From Malacoraja senta (taxonomy: Eukaryota), in assembly GCA_038087875.1 (NCBI GenBank), contig CM075992.1, positions 8,062,001 through 8,126,000 on the forward strand: a stretch of DNA of 64,000 nucleotides, written 5' to 3'. The translations under genes and the position numbers were made by a program. Under the pieces are notes generated by a model. It made no database searches. It was not told the origin of the DNA and saw only the letters and a list, made by a program, of their open reading frames with translations. This document shows, one piece after another, positions 10,761 to 24,012 of the stretch; the stretch's first letter is position 1; every line of letters starts with the position of its first letter.

Positions 10761-12292
10761 ATCTTGAATGTGTTTTACAGAGACTGTGCGACTGACACAC
10801 GTTGCAATGGACCAAACGCACTCCTTTGTGAGACACAAGCAACTGCAATTGGAAATGCAGCTTGAAGGGTCCAGACCCCAAGACGATGCCTGTCCACTCC
10901 TTCCAGAGATGCCGCCTGATCGCTGAGTTACTCCAGCAGCTTGTGTTTTACTCAAGCCTCCTTATCCTGTGCTACACAATGAAATATTTGGTAAAAGTGT
11001 TCCTGGCACCTGTTTGAACAGCAACACACTGCATGGTACGAGCAATCAGTAAAGCTGCGATCAATCAACTGAGAAATGGTATCAAACACAAGGATTACTG
11101 TGGTGGATGTTTATGTCAAAATGCATTTTGCATGTTCTGTTGCTTATAATTGGTATGACTGTACGGCAAATCAAATTCCTGATATGTTGAAAAACATACT
11201 TGGCTAATAAAGTATGATTATGAATATGATTATTAACAGGCTGCAGATATATCGAGACCTTTGCACCAGCTCGCCCATTGCAACCACTATATCTCTGGTT
11301 GCTCACAAGATGGACTCTGTTCAGATGATCACATCCTCCCCATGTCCGAATCTCTTCTGAATTCTCCCAACATCTCCCAGTTGCCCTGACCACCTCCCTC
11401 CGAACCCACTCCCTGCTATCACTTCCCCCCCCTCCCTCCTCCTCCTCCAAACCTTAATAACAAGCTAGAGCAGGGGTGGGCAACCTTGTTCTGTATAGGG
11501 GCCGTGACGCACGTCTGTGAGCGGATGGCGGGCCATATCTATCACATGTACACATGGATCCCGCCTCCATCCCGCCCCGGATGGTAGGCATCGTTACGTG
11601 TTCACATAGATCCCACTCCTTCGAGGACGACACACGGAGCACTGGCCCCTAGTTACGGGCGCTCACCAACATGGCGTCCCTAGTTACGAGCGCTCACCAA
11701 CATGGCGCAACTACGGACCATTGCCCTGGCTCTGTCCTGAAGGCGGTGGCTCAAATACTCACACTCACTCGTCCCCGGCCTATTGACAACCCTGATCCCG
11801 ACAGTGAAGCTCAGACACAGAAGGTGCGCGGCCGTGCCGGCGGCTTTGCGCAGGATGCGGTACAGCCAGAGCTCGGCGCTGCTCAGCTAGAGGAACTCAG
11901 CGGGTCAGGCAGCATAGCGAAGAATGTCTTCATAGTGGGCATAATCTGAGGTGATTTTGCAGTGGAGCAGCAGTGGAACATGTCCCTAGCGTGTAGTGCA
12001 AGTGTATGACCAGCCGAGTTCCTCCAGCAGCTTGGTTTTTTTAAGAGATGCAGCGCAGAAACAGGCCCTTCCACCCACTACATCCTCACCGACCATCGAT
12101 CACCCCGCACACTAGCACGGTCCTACAGACTACGGACATTTTGACATTTTTAATCAAAGCCATTTAACCTATCAAACTGTACGTCTCTGTAGTGTAGGAG
12201 GAAACCGGGACACCTGGAGAAAGCCCAAGCGCTCACAGGGAGAACGTACAAACTCCATAAGGCAGCATGCGTCACTGTGCCACCCAGTCTTA

Positions 12293-12492
12293 AGGGCCTG
12301 TCCCACTTTCATGACCTAATTCACGACCTTTTTTACTCGTGGACATTTTTCATCATGTTGAAAAAACCTACTTGATGCCTACGACTGGCATCACGGCCTA
12401 CCTACGACCTCGTGACGACCATGCTGCGAGTACGAGTCAAGGGCAAACTCGGCAGAGGTCGTGAATTAGGTCGTGAAAGTGGGACAGGCCCT
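12293..12492. mobile_element. PIF/Harbinger-type MITE
   Basis: TIR AGGGCCTGTCCCACTTTCA...TGAAAGTGGGACAGGCCCT, TSD TTA. Confidence 0.85.
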
Positions 12493-13207
12493 TTATTTCT
12501 TAATATCTATATTTTCTGCACTTGATCCTTTGGCAACCTCACAGTGGGAAACGTTGATTCCACTGCGGGGGATGTTCATGTTAAATCCTATTGTGTTCTT
12601 TTTATTGTATGGCTGTATGGTAACTCAAATTCTCACTGTACCAATTGGTGCATGTGACAATAAATGTAGCTTGAACGAACTTTATGCAGGGTGGTTAGTG
12701 AACATTTGCAGCCTGTCATCGTCCAAAGAAGCACTCTGCAATCTTCCAGGCTTGCCATGAGGCAAGATGGGAACATCTGCATTCTTGTGTCTCCTTCACT
12801 GTGCCCCCCCCCCCCCCACCTCTCTGGGCACACCCAGGCTCCAGTCACAAACTGACCCACACACCAAGCCGCACACTGGGACCCAGATCCAGTCACCAGC
12901 CCTGAAGTTCGGAAACGCGACAGCGAGGAGCAGCCACAGGTCCGCAATCTCGTTTCCCACATCGGAAGAGAAAATAAGCCAGAGACGTCAAATGTGTAAT
13001 TGAGTCCATTTTCAAGAATGGAGACAGATTGAACTGTGGTAACCACCGAATCTACCTTTCAACCACTTCCTGCTAGAGGTGGAAGAGCAACTTCCTTTAG
13101 TTTTAGTTCTAGAGATACAGCGCGGAAACAGGCCCTTCAGCCCATCGGGTCCGCGATCCCCGCACATTAACACTATCCTACACACACACAGGTGGGGGGG
13201 GCTGGAA

Positions 13208-13936
13208 CATGGTCGGAAATCCCAGGGGGGGGAGACGGGGGACACATCCCCTCCACGTTTTGAGAGGTGGGGGACAATCCCCTCCATGTTTTGTAATCCG
13301 GATTTTGAAATTTGGTGAAAAAAAAATCTATTAAAAATCTCCGCTTTCCGCGAGACAGTGGGGGTGGGACTGATGATCGAGGGCGCCGATTGGACGAGAG
13401 AGACGTCGGTCAGCAGGCAGTTGGGGGGGGGCGGAGGACATGATGATTCAGCGCGATGTTTGGAGGAGATGTCGGTAGAGGGGGGTGGGACTGAGAACTG
13501 AGCGCGGTAATTGGAAGAGGGAGACGTCCTGGTGGAGCAAAGATCATAGAGCGGAGCATGAATCGGCCCGTTCGCGGGGCCTTTCATCGCCCGGCGCAGC
13601 TTAAAATTGGCCGCGGTATCTTCCACCACCCTGCGGTCAAATTGCTGCGTCAAGGTTCCCGATGCTGATGCCCGCGCCGGGCGATGGAAGATCCCGCGGC
13701 TGGTTTTAAGCCGCGGCAGGCGATGAAAGACCCCGTGAACGGGCCGATTCAAGCCCTACGATTCGGGGCGGACAATGCTGCTGTTGCTGGAGTTCAGAGT
13801 CAGTCACCAACCAGGTCAGCTCCCGATGTTATCGTCCACAGGGCACACGGTCGAAGCCTCGCGCGTGTGTGTATGCGCGGGGCCACCAAGAAATTGTGTT
13901 CCCCCCCCATGTTTTGATAGCGATTTCCACCCCCTG
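13208..13936. mobile_element. hAT-type non-autonomous DNA transposon nested in a Penelope fragment inside a SINE
   Basis: Imperfect TIRs CATGGTCGGAAATC / GATTTCCACCCCCTG, 8-bp TSD ggctggaa / ggcgggaa. Confidence 0.65.
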
Positions 13937-15325
13937 GGCGGGAAGAAGAATGGAAGAGGCGGAGACAGTAGGCTGTGGGAGAGCTGGGAAGGGGAGGTAA
14001 CAGCTCCAGAGACCCGGGTTTTGTACGTTCTCCCCGTGATTGCATGATTTACCAAGATGGTACCAAAATTGTAGCATTTAGCTAGAAGGAAAGATTGGGT
14101 TATTTTCTTTGACACAAGAGGCTCAGTGGAAACTTAACTCAGATATATAAAACTAGAAAGTTTTATATATCTGAGTTCCCTCAGCTGCAGAGTCCAGTTC
14201 AAACATTTAGAAAATTAGGAAGTTTTTTTACCCAGAGGCGAAAGGAGGCAGAGACAGAGATGGTTATTAGATTAAAAAAGTACTTGGATGTTTACTGGAA
14301 GTGTTATAACCTGCAGGGCTGTTTTGTTGTTGCGTGCTTTCCAGTCAGCGGAAAGACAATAGAAACATAGAAAAATAGGTGCAGGTGTAGGCCATTCGGC
14401 CCCTCGAACCAGCACCGCCATTCAATATGATCATGGCTGATCATCCAAAATCAGTACCCCGTTCCTGCTTTTTCCCCCCATATCCTTTGATTCACTTAGC
14501 TCTAAGTGCTAAATCTAACTCTCTTGAAAACATCCAGTGAATTGGCCTCCACTGCCTTCTGTGACAGAGAATTCCATTGTATTCAATACCTCAACCAATT
14601 AATGTGTAGGAAGGAACTGCAGATGTGGTTTACACCGAAGATAGGCACAAAAAGCTCCAGAGATGCTGCCTGCCCCGCTGAGTTACTTCAGCTTTTTGTG
14701 TCTGTCCTCAACCAATTAAGGCAAGCATACCATACGCCTTTTCACTTAAGGCATAAGTGATGCCTTTATGCTATCTGCTTGTGTTGCCACTTTCACAGCA
14801 TTATAGATTTGGACCTCAAGATCCCTGTGCAGATCAAGGCTATTTTACTGCTCCAGCATCTTTTCCGATTCTAGACGCAAGTGCTGGAGTAACTCAGGAG
14901 TTCGGGCAGCATCTCAGGAGAAAAGGAATGAGTGACGTTTAGGGTCGGACCCTTCTTCAGACGGTCTGAAAGGTCCTGACCCGAAACGTCACCTATCCCT
15001 TTTCTCCAGAGATGCTGCCTGACCTGCTGGGTTTCTCCTGCACCATGTGTCTATCTTCAGTATATACCAGCATCTGCAGTTGCTTCTTAGGCAGCAGAGT
15101 GGTAGACTCAGCCTGGTCCATCAGGGCCTTCCCCACCATGGACAGAATCTACATGAGGCACTGCCTCAAGGCGGCGGAGTCGATTATCCAGGATCCCCAC
15201 CACGGGGGCCATGCCTTCTAAGCATCGCTGTCAATGGGCAGCAGCTACTGATGTCCCACACCACCAGCTTCAGGAACAGCGACTTTCCGACAACTGTCAG
15301 GTTCTTCAACTGACCCACGCAACAC

Positions 15326-16158
15326 TGTGGCGCCTTCACGCCCACGTTGGCTACAAAAAGTAGTAAACACTGCCCAGTCCACCATCAGCTCTGACCTTCC
15401 TTCCATCAAGGGGATCTATCACAGTCGTTGCCTCAAAAAGGCTGGCAGCATCATCAAAGACCCACACCATCCTGGCCACACACTCATCTCCCCACTATCT
15501 TCAGATAGAAGGTACAGGAGCCTGAAGACTGCAACAACCAGGTTCAGGAATAGCTACTTCCCCACAGTCATCAGGCTATTAAACTCGGCTCGGACAAAAC
15601 ACTGAACATTAATAGCCAATAATCTGTTTATTTGCACTTTATCAGTTTATTTATTCATGTGTGTATATATTTATACAATGGTATATGGACACACTGATCT
15701 GTTCAGTATTCGTGCCACATGACAATAAAACTCTCTTGAACGTTGGTCCAGTTGTAGGGTCTGTTGAATCCCACGACAGAAAGCAAAGAACAAACACCAC
15801 TGAGCTGAGCCAGACGCCGTGTGACACGTATATTCCACAAGCCCCTTTTACCTACATTCTCACCAATCATAACCCGTGTGCAGATAAGACCAATTAGTGC
15901 GTCTGACCTTGGAGTTGTTACTGAGCTCTTGTGTAAGAAAGAACTGCAGATGCTGGTTTAAATCGAAGGTAGACACAAAATGCTGGAGTAACTCAGCAGG
16001 ACAGGCAACATCTCTGGAGAGAAGGAACGGGTGACGTTTCGGGTTGACACCCTTCTTCAGACTGAGCTCTTGTGGCTGGACCTTGTCGTGAGGCTGCTGG
16101 CGAGTCGCCAGCGGTGACAGGCTCTATGCAAAACCAACATGGGCGTGAAGGCGCCACA
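15326..16158. mobile_element. Unclassified TG...CA element with 25-bp terminal inverted repeats, carrying two younger insertions
   Basis: TGTGGCGCCTTCACGCCCACGTTGG (15326-15350) vs CCAACATGGGCGTGAAGGCGCCACA (16134-16158), one mismatch. Confidence 0.6.
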
Positions 16159-17309
16159 CCCTAATCCTACCCAGACAATGGAACAATAAACTGATTACCA
16201 TTCGCATTTTGATAGACTCGTTTTCTAATTGCGTTTTTACATCTTGGTGCATATCTTTTTTTAAATTATGAATTTAAATCTGAAGATAGGTCACGACCCG
16301 AAACGTCACCCATTCCTTCTCTCCAGAGATGCTGCCTGCCCCGCTGAGTTACTCCAGCATTTTGTGTCCATCTTTGGTTCAAACGAGCAACTGCAGTTCC
16401 TTCATACACTATTTTTCCCCCCATTGTTTTTAGTTTTTGACATACAGCGCGGAAACAGGCCCTTCGGCCCACCGAGTCCGCACCGACCAGCGATCCCCAC
16501 ACATTGACACAAGCGTTGACACACACTACAGTTAAATGACACAATGACACATTGACACACACTAGAGTTAATTTACATTTATACAAAGTATACAAACTCA
16601 AGCCAATTAACCTACAAACCTGGACGTCTTTTGAGTGTGGTGGGAAGCCCACGCGGTCACGGGGGGAACGTACAAACTCCATACAGACAGCACCCGTAGT
16701 CGGGATCGATTCCTTGTCTCTGATGCTGCAAGGCAGCAACTCTACCGCTGTGCCACTGTACCACCCTGTCTTGCAACATTTCATGCATAACTTATTTTAT
16801 GTTTTGTCGAAGGTAGATAAAAATGCTGGAGAAATTCAGCGGGTGAAGCAGCATCTATGGAGCGAAGGAATAGGTGACGTCTCGGGTCCACACCCTTCTT
16901 CAGACACTTTGTTTTGTCTAAATCCATGTGTTGAATAAATGCATTGTCCGAATCTTTTCACGTACCTCACTGTACTTATGCATTTCACAATAAACTCTAC
17001 TTGACTTCATGAAACAAGCTGCTAAGTTGCAGAGTTGTGTGGAGAAGGAATATCTGTAATAATGGGAATCAGATCAAAGGCTGAACAAGGAAACAGACAG
17101 TAACATCTTGGAGGGGAGGGGTGGGAGGGAAGACTTAGAGAAAAAGAAAGACAGAAGGGAGGTGGAGAGGATGAGACAGAGAGAGGGAGACGCACAGACA
17201 CGCACACAGAGAGGGGGGGCGGGGGAGATAGAATTGAAGTCTGAATCTGGGACTTCAATTCCCTCTCCCTCCCATTAGGTGCTTTGCTTAAGAACTTTAG
17301 CTGCTCTAA

Positions 17310-17526
17310 AGGGCCTGTCCCACTTTCACAACCTAATTCATGATCTTTTTTACTCGTGGACATTTTTCATCATGTTGAAAAAACGCCCCGAGCTACTTGA
17401 TGCCACGAATACATACGACTAGCATCACGACCTGCCTACGACCTCGTGACGACCATGCTGCGAGTACGAGTCAAGGGCAAACTCGGCAGAGGTCGTGAAT
17501 TAGGTCGTGAAAGTGGGACAGGCCCT
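17310..17526. mobile_element. PIF/Harbinger-type MITE
   Basis: Same TIRs as 12293-12492, TSD TAA. Confidence 0.85.
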
Positions 17527-18268
17527 TAATCCTGTGTGTTATTCTGTGGGAGATGCAAGACCTGCCCTTTCTGTTCCTCCAGCCCAGGGACACCAATATA
17601 TTTGCAGCTGAAGCAGCACTTCCGTCGTGCAATGCCATGCATCCAGTGATCTTGATGCAGTACACCCCACAGTGGAAAACACAATGCAGACTGCGTGACT
17701 GTGAGCGTTCAGTCTGGTTGGGCAATGCTGAGCTGCCAGTTTCAGTCACTACCCTCTCCCACATTCATCTCTCTGCCTTCAACCGCCTACATTGTTCCAA
17801 TGATACCCAATACAAATAACCTCAAAAAAACACCTCATCATCCACCCGTCCGCAGTGAAACCCTTGCGACCCAAAACTGAATCTAACCATTTCACAAAAC
17901 CACTATTTATTTTTAAAACCATCTCTCAGATGTGGCTGCCTCTTCCCGTTTTGGTTTCTATCTTCCTTTATTGTCAAACTTTTTTTAATAAACTAAATGA
18001 CTAAAAATTGCTACATTACTAAAAAAATATAATTACTAACTAAATGAACTTATTCAATAAAATAATTATTGAATTAGTGTTTTAAAAGTAATTCAATAGT
18101 TCTTTTATTGTCAAACTTATTTGCTCTGCACACTCTTAGACATTCACTGTTTTCCTCCTTTCTGTAATTCTGATCAACTTTGACTTGAAACATTTGACTG
18201 TTTTCTCTCCCACGGGTGCTGCATTACTGCTGACCATGCAGCGGTGCAGCAATAGAGTTGCTGCCTTA

Positions 18269-18793
18269 AGGGCCTGTCCCACTTGGACAACCTAATCCAC
18301 GAGTTTAGATGACCTTAGATGAGTTGAAAAAAATGTCAAGGTCGTGTTGACTCACAGTAGTAAAAGACTATGTCGACGACCTCCTATGACTATGACTACG
18401 ACCGCCTACGACCGCCCTCGACCTCAGTCTTCCACACCTAAGATCCAACTACGACTAGCTACGAGTGGAAATGATCACGATAAAATGATGTCATGTTTGC
18501 ATTTTTTTTCTCAGGCTAGTTACCGACCTACGACTACCTACGACTACCATCACGACCTACCTACTTGTCCATTTTTTCCATGCCAAGCTTGTTTTTACTC
18601 GTGGACATTTTTTTATCAGGCTGGAAAAAACGCCGCAACCTACTTGAGGCCACGAGTACGCGGAGACCACTCACGAACATGAGGAAGAGTTACGAAGACC
18701 TCCTACGACCTCGTGGCGACCATGCTGCGAGTACGAGTCATGGGCAAACTCGGCAGAGGTCGCCAATTACGTCGTGAAAGTGGGACAGGGGCT
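18269..18793. mobile_element. Longer PIF/Harbinger-type MITE inserted in a SINE head
   Basis: AGGGCCTGTCCCACTT...AAGTGGGACAGGGGCT, TSD TTA, internal ACGAC-rich repeats. Confidence 0.8.
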
Positions 18794-19680
18794 TTACAGT
18801 GGCAGAGACCCGGGTGGTATCTCTACACTAAACTAAGTGTGTCGGAAGGAGCTGCAAATGCTGGTTTCCAACTATGTTAGACACAAAACACTGGAGTATC
18901 TCAACAGGACAGGCAGCATCTCTAGAGAAAAGGAATGGGTGACCATTTGGGTGGAGACCCTTCTTCAGACTGAACAAAGGGACTAAGCTAAGTTCCTATT
19001 AGCCAAGATCATGGAAGATTGGAGAGAAATTATACAGAATTCCTTCTGTGGTAGCCATTTAGCTTAAGTAAGTAAGTAATTTGTATTTATATAGCACTTT
19101 TAAATCAAATCACGTTGAAGCCAAAGTGCTTTACAGAGAAGAAATCAGATTACCATACATCCATATAAAATAAAAAAATAAAAAAGACACAACACACTAT
19201 ACAATTTAACATGAACGGCCCCCCACAGCGGAATCAACATTTTCCACTGTGAGGAAAGGCACTAAAAAGTCCAGTCCCCCTCCTCTTAGTTCACCCAAGG
19301 TCGGGGCCTATTTGAGGCCTACGCAGTCGCCACAACGGTGGCCCGATGTCATAGGCCCTCTCGCCATGTTATAATTATAACCAGTTACCTTTAATTTTAT
19401 CTGCCTGTAATTGTGTGGGTGGGGTTTATACGTAGTCTAGGGTGTGCTCGTGGCAGACGCCCGGATGGTTTAGTTTAGTCCGGCAAAGTTCACTGTACAT
19501 CTTGTATGTGTATGTGACAAATAAAGTTGACGACTTGACTTGGGAAGATATAGTTTTCGACCATGAACACGAGTATGATTGAAAACGTATGAAAGCTGGA
19601 AGACGATGTACTTATACAAGAAGACGTTTTCAGAGTGATTTCACTGTTTTGTACTACTACAATAAAGAAGCTATTAATCA

Positions 19681-20174
19681 CCTGCACCTGCTCCAACCTC
19701 CTCTATTGCATCCGCTGCTCTAGATGTCAGCTGCTCTACATCGGTGAGACCAAGCTTCGTCGAACACCTCCGCTCGGTTCGCAATAACCAACCTGATCTC
19801 CCGCTGGCTCAGCACTTTAACTCCCCCTCCCATTCCGAATCCGACCTTTCTGTCCTGGGCCTCCTCCATGGCCAGAGTGAGTCACACAGTAAATTGGAGG
19901 AGCAGCACCTCATATTTCGCTTGGGCAGTTTGCACCCCAGCGGCATGAACATTGACTTCTCTAATTTCAGGTAGTCCTTACTTTCTCCCTCCCCTTCTCA
20001 GCTCTCCCTCAGCCCACTGGCCCCTCCTCTTCCTTTCTTCCTCCCGCATCCCCCCCCCCTCCCCCACCCTCACATCAGTCTGAAGAAGGGTTTTGGCTCG
20101 AAACGTTGCCTATTTCCTTCGCTCCATAGATGCTGCCTCACCCGCTGAGTTTCTCCAGCATTTTTGTCTACCTC
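19681..20174 (+). mobile_element. Penelope-like element 3' fragment
   Basis: NLLYCIRCSRC..LYIGET (GIY-YIG) and ORF 19744-19974; 10-bp TSD ctattaatca. Confidence 0.88.
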
Positions 20175-21310
20175 CTATTAATCAAGAGACTGTTTCAGGA
20201 ATATTCATCTTTCGACGGCATTGAATGTGTCGTGGAGCTCGTGGAATGCGGAAGATTACCATCTGAACCATAATCAGCACATTAATGACTCTCCAGGGCT
20301 AAATCCTTGAGACGCCGTAAAGACTGTCACCACACCTTCACATCCACCACACTATGTACAAACATCCCATCAAATCAGGCTGGTATTTTAAACTCTTGCC
20401 ATCTTTTCCAGATTAGGAACCAAAGGTGGGATAGAGTTTGCATATAGGGTTTTGCACAAGGTGTCATTGTGTGCAGGAAGAAACTGCAGATGCTGGTTTA
20501 CACCAAAGAAAGACACAAAACACTGGTATAACTCAGCGGGACAGGCAGCATCGCTGGACGGAAGGAATGGGTGATGTTTCGGGTCGAGACCCTTCTTCAG
20601 ACTGAGTCAGGGGAGAGGGAGACACAGAGAGTCAGGGGAGAGGGAGACAGAGATAGGGAAAGGTGTGAAAACGAGACATCAAAGGAGATGCAGATCAAGG
20701 AAAATGTAGAATAGATCATTGTTAGTGAGGAGAAGTGGACAACGAAGCATACAGAGATAAAATTTAATCAGGGGGACAGTCAGACTGGTCGGGGAACTAG
20801 GAAGGGGGTGGCATGGAGAGAGAGGGAAAGCAAGAGTTACTTGAAGTTAGAGACGTCAATATTCATACCTCTGGGGTATAAGCTGCCCAAAACGTCACCC
20901 CTTCTCTCCAGAGATGCTTCCTGTCCCGCTGAGTTACTCCAGCATTGTGTGACTATTTTCAGTGTTATTGCGTGGGACAGATTAGGTTTATGCAAGACAA
21001 AAGCTTACCATCACAGCAACTTCACTGCAGAAGGGAACGGGGGCCGCAGCAAAAACGGCTGAAGCGTCACTAAAACGGGTCACGTCAAGGACTCTTGTGA
21101 CTGTTGCACATCCCGTTTAAAAATCTGCAAACTTAGCTGGATTTGCATGCGGTTCTGCACATGCAGCGGTCAAAGCAGAAGCTGCAGCCTGGCACAGTTC
21201 CCTCCGCTCTGTGTGTAAGTCCATGTGCCAGGTCTCCCAGCCGCACACACCGCCACTGGCTCTCCCTCAGTGAACTCAGCACAGGACAGTCACTGTACCC
21301 TGGGGTTACA

Positions 21311-21715
21311 GGGGGGGGGGGTCAGATACACGGGGAAAGGGGGAGGGATGGGGGGAGGAGGAGGAGGGGAGGAGGAGGAGAGAGGGGGTGGGGAAGGGAG
21401 AGGAGGAGGGGGAGGGGGGTGGGGGAGGAGAGGACGGGGCAGAGAGGGAGGAAGGGGGGAGGGGGAGGGGGGGAGGGGAGGAGGAGGGGAGGAGGAGAGA
21501 GGGGGGAGGGGAGGGGAGGATGAGGGGGGTAACCTTTAACTAAGGGAGAGGAGGGACCCCATGATGGGAGAGGGTGGGGAGAAAAGAGAAGCGACCCCAT
21601 GACAGGGAGAAGGCTGGGCTGGTGGAAGGAAACAGTGTCACTGTGGGGTGGGGGAAGGGGAGGGACCCCATCACTATGGTGGGGGGGGGGGTGGGGGGGG
21701 GGAAGGAGAGAAAAG
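21311..21715. repeat. G/A-rich low-complexity tract with G-quadruplex potential
   Basis: Near-continuous GGGGAGGAGG-type runs. Confidence 0.8.
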
Positions 21716-21787
21716 GGCCCCGTCATTGTTTGGGATCAGCTGATAGCGAGAGAAGGGACCCCATGATTGAGTGGGATCAAGAGTGTT

Positions 21788-22690
21788 TCATTGTTATATG
21801 TGCCAAATGCGAGGATTTTGTTTGTGGATTTTAGCTCTGCATTCAACACCATTGTGCCAGAGCTACTACACTCCAAACTCTCCCAGTTGACTGTGCCTGA
21901 ACCCCTCTGTCAGTGGATCACCAACTTCCTGACAGACAGGAAGCAGCCTGTGAGGCTGGGAAAGCACATCTCGGACCCACAGACCCTCAGCATAGGAGCA
22001 CCGCAAGGCAGCGTACTCTCCCCTCTCCACTGACCCCTCTGTCAAGCTTCTCAAGTTTGCAGATGACACAACCCTGATTGGACTGATCCAGGATGGGGAG
22101 GAATCTGCCTACAGACAGGAAGTGTCACAGCTGGCATCCTGGTGCCTTCGTAACAATCTGGAGCTCAATGCTCTTAAGACGGTGGAATTGATTGTAGACT
22201 TTTGGAGAGCTCCCTCTCCCTTCCCCCATTCACCATCAACAACACCAGTCACATCTTTGGAGTCATTTAAGTTCCTTGGAACCTGAAATGGGAGGCCACC
22301 ATCAACTCCACAGTCAAAAAGGCCCAACAGAGGATGTATTTCCTGTGGCAGCTGAGGAAGCACAATCTACCCCAGGCAATGATAGGCCAATTCTACACGG
22401 CCATCATAGAGTCTGTCCTCACCTTCTCCATCATGGTCTGGTTTGGCTCAGCCACCAAGCACGACATCCCGAGACTGCAGCGATCAGCCAAGAAGTTTGT
22501 TGGCTGCAACCTTTCCCCCATCGACGAACTGTACACTGCAAGGGCCAGGATGCGAGCGGGTAAGATCATCTTTGACCCCTCTCACTCTTTAAAGCACTTC
22601 CCTCCGGAAAGCGACTTCGGACTGTCAAAGCCGCCATAGCCAGATATAAAAACAGCTTTTTTTCCCCGAGCAGTAGCTCTGCTCAACAGC
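21788..22690 (+). mobile_element. Decayed Rex1/Babar-clade LINE reverse transcriptase fragment
   Basis: RILFVDFSSAFNTIVP...WITNFLTDRKQ...GAPQG..LSP, KFADDT, frameshifted. Confidence 0.85.
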
Positions 22691-22701
22691 CAAAAGTCTG
22701 T

Positions 22702-22906
22702 GTTAAAGAAGGAACTGCAGATGCTGGAAAATCAAAGGTACACAAAAATGCTGGAGAAACTCAGCGGGTGCAGCAGCATCTATGGAGCGAAGGAAATAGG
22801 CAACGTTTCGGGCCTGAAGAAGGGTTTCGGCCCGAAACGTTGCCTATTTCCTTCGCTCCATAGATGCTGCTGCACCCGCTGAGTTTCTCCAGCATTTTTG
22901 TGTACC
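22702..22906. mobile_element. Inverted (palindromic) Penelope pLTR insertion
   Basis: Two pLTR halves in opposite orientation; 14-bp TSD agccaaaa(g/a)tctgt. Confidence 0.85.
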
Positions 22907-24012
22907 AGCCAAAAATCTGTAGCCTCCTTGTGCTCTGGTATTTTATTTCATTCTTCACATGTTTAAATTATAATGTTTTATTTTTAATTGTCTACTGTAT
23001 ATCATGTTGTTACTTGAGAGCAACGCACCAAGGCATATTCCTTGTATGTATGTATACATACCTGCCTAATAAAATTTATTCAATTCAATATTTATTCAAA
23101 TTGGATATTCAACTCGAATTGGAACAATGAAATTCTTAATTACAGCAGCACCACAGATATGTAAATGCAGTGCTCCGTGAACACCAGAATAAACAAAAAG
23201 ATCAAAAGATAAAGACAAAACCAAAGCCCCAAGGGTGAGGGTAGAAGATACCCCGTCACCGAAGGGATGGGGGGGGGGGGGGGAGAGATAAGCAGGAAAG
23301 AAGGGACACCAATATCAAAGGGATCATCAAGTCTGCTCCACCATTCAATCATGGCTGATCTATCTCTCCCTCCTAACCCCATTCTCCTGCCTTCTCTGCC
23401 TAAATAGGCAACGTTTAGGGTCGAAACCCTCCTGGTTTCTTCGGACCATTTCATGAATCTATGAAATTCATACTTGCAGCAACACAACAGATTATGTAAA
23501 CACAGTACTCGGTGAACACCATAATAAACAAGATCAATGTATAAAAAGACAACAGACAATACAGGGCTAGGTGAATGCCAGTGCCCCAAGCAAGAGAGAA
23601 GGGACCCCCTCTCACTGAAGGGGAAGTAGGGGGAGAGAAGGGACCCCCTTCATTGAGGGGGAGAGAAGGGACCCCCTTCATTGAGGGGATCAAGTGTTTT
23701 ATTCGAATCTCCCAAAATGAAACGATGAAATTCATACTTGCAGCAGCCTAACAGATAACGTAAATACAGTGTGTAAAAAAGAACTGCAGATGCTGGAAAA
23801 ATCGACGGCAGACAAAAATGCTGGAGAAACTCAACGGGTGAAGCAGCATCTATGGAGCGAAGGAATAGGCGACGTTTCGGGTCGAGACCATTTAAACACA
23901 GTACTCAGTAAAACCCATAATAAACAAGATTAAAGCATAAGGGGACAGAGAACACAGGGCAGAGCCCCCAAAGAATACCAGAGCCCCAGGATGGAGAGAA
24001 GAGACCCCCTTA

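Noticed and set aside
13012..13752. 246-aa minus-strand ORF
   Set aside because: Crosses SINE, Penelope and hAT boundaries; no transposase motifs
19367..20275. Possible solo LTR (TGTTAT...ATAATCA with AATAAA) around the Penelope insert
   Set aside because: Termini imperfect and no TSD found; not supportable without a search
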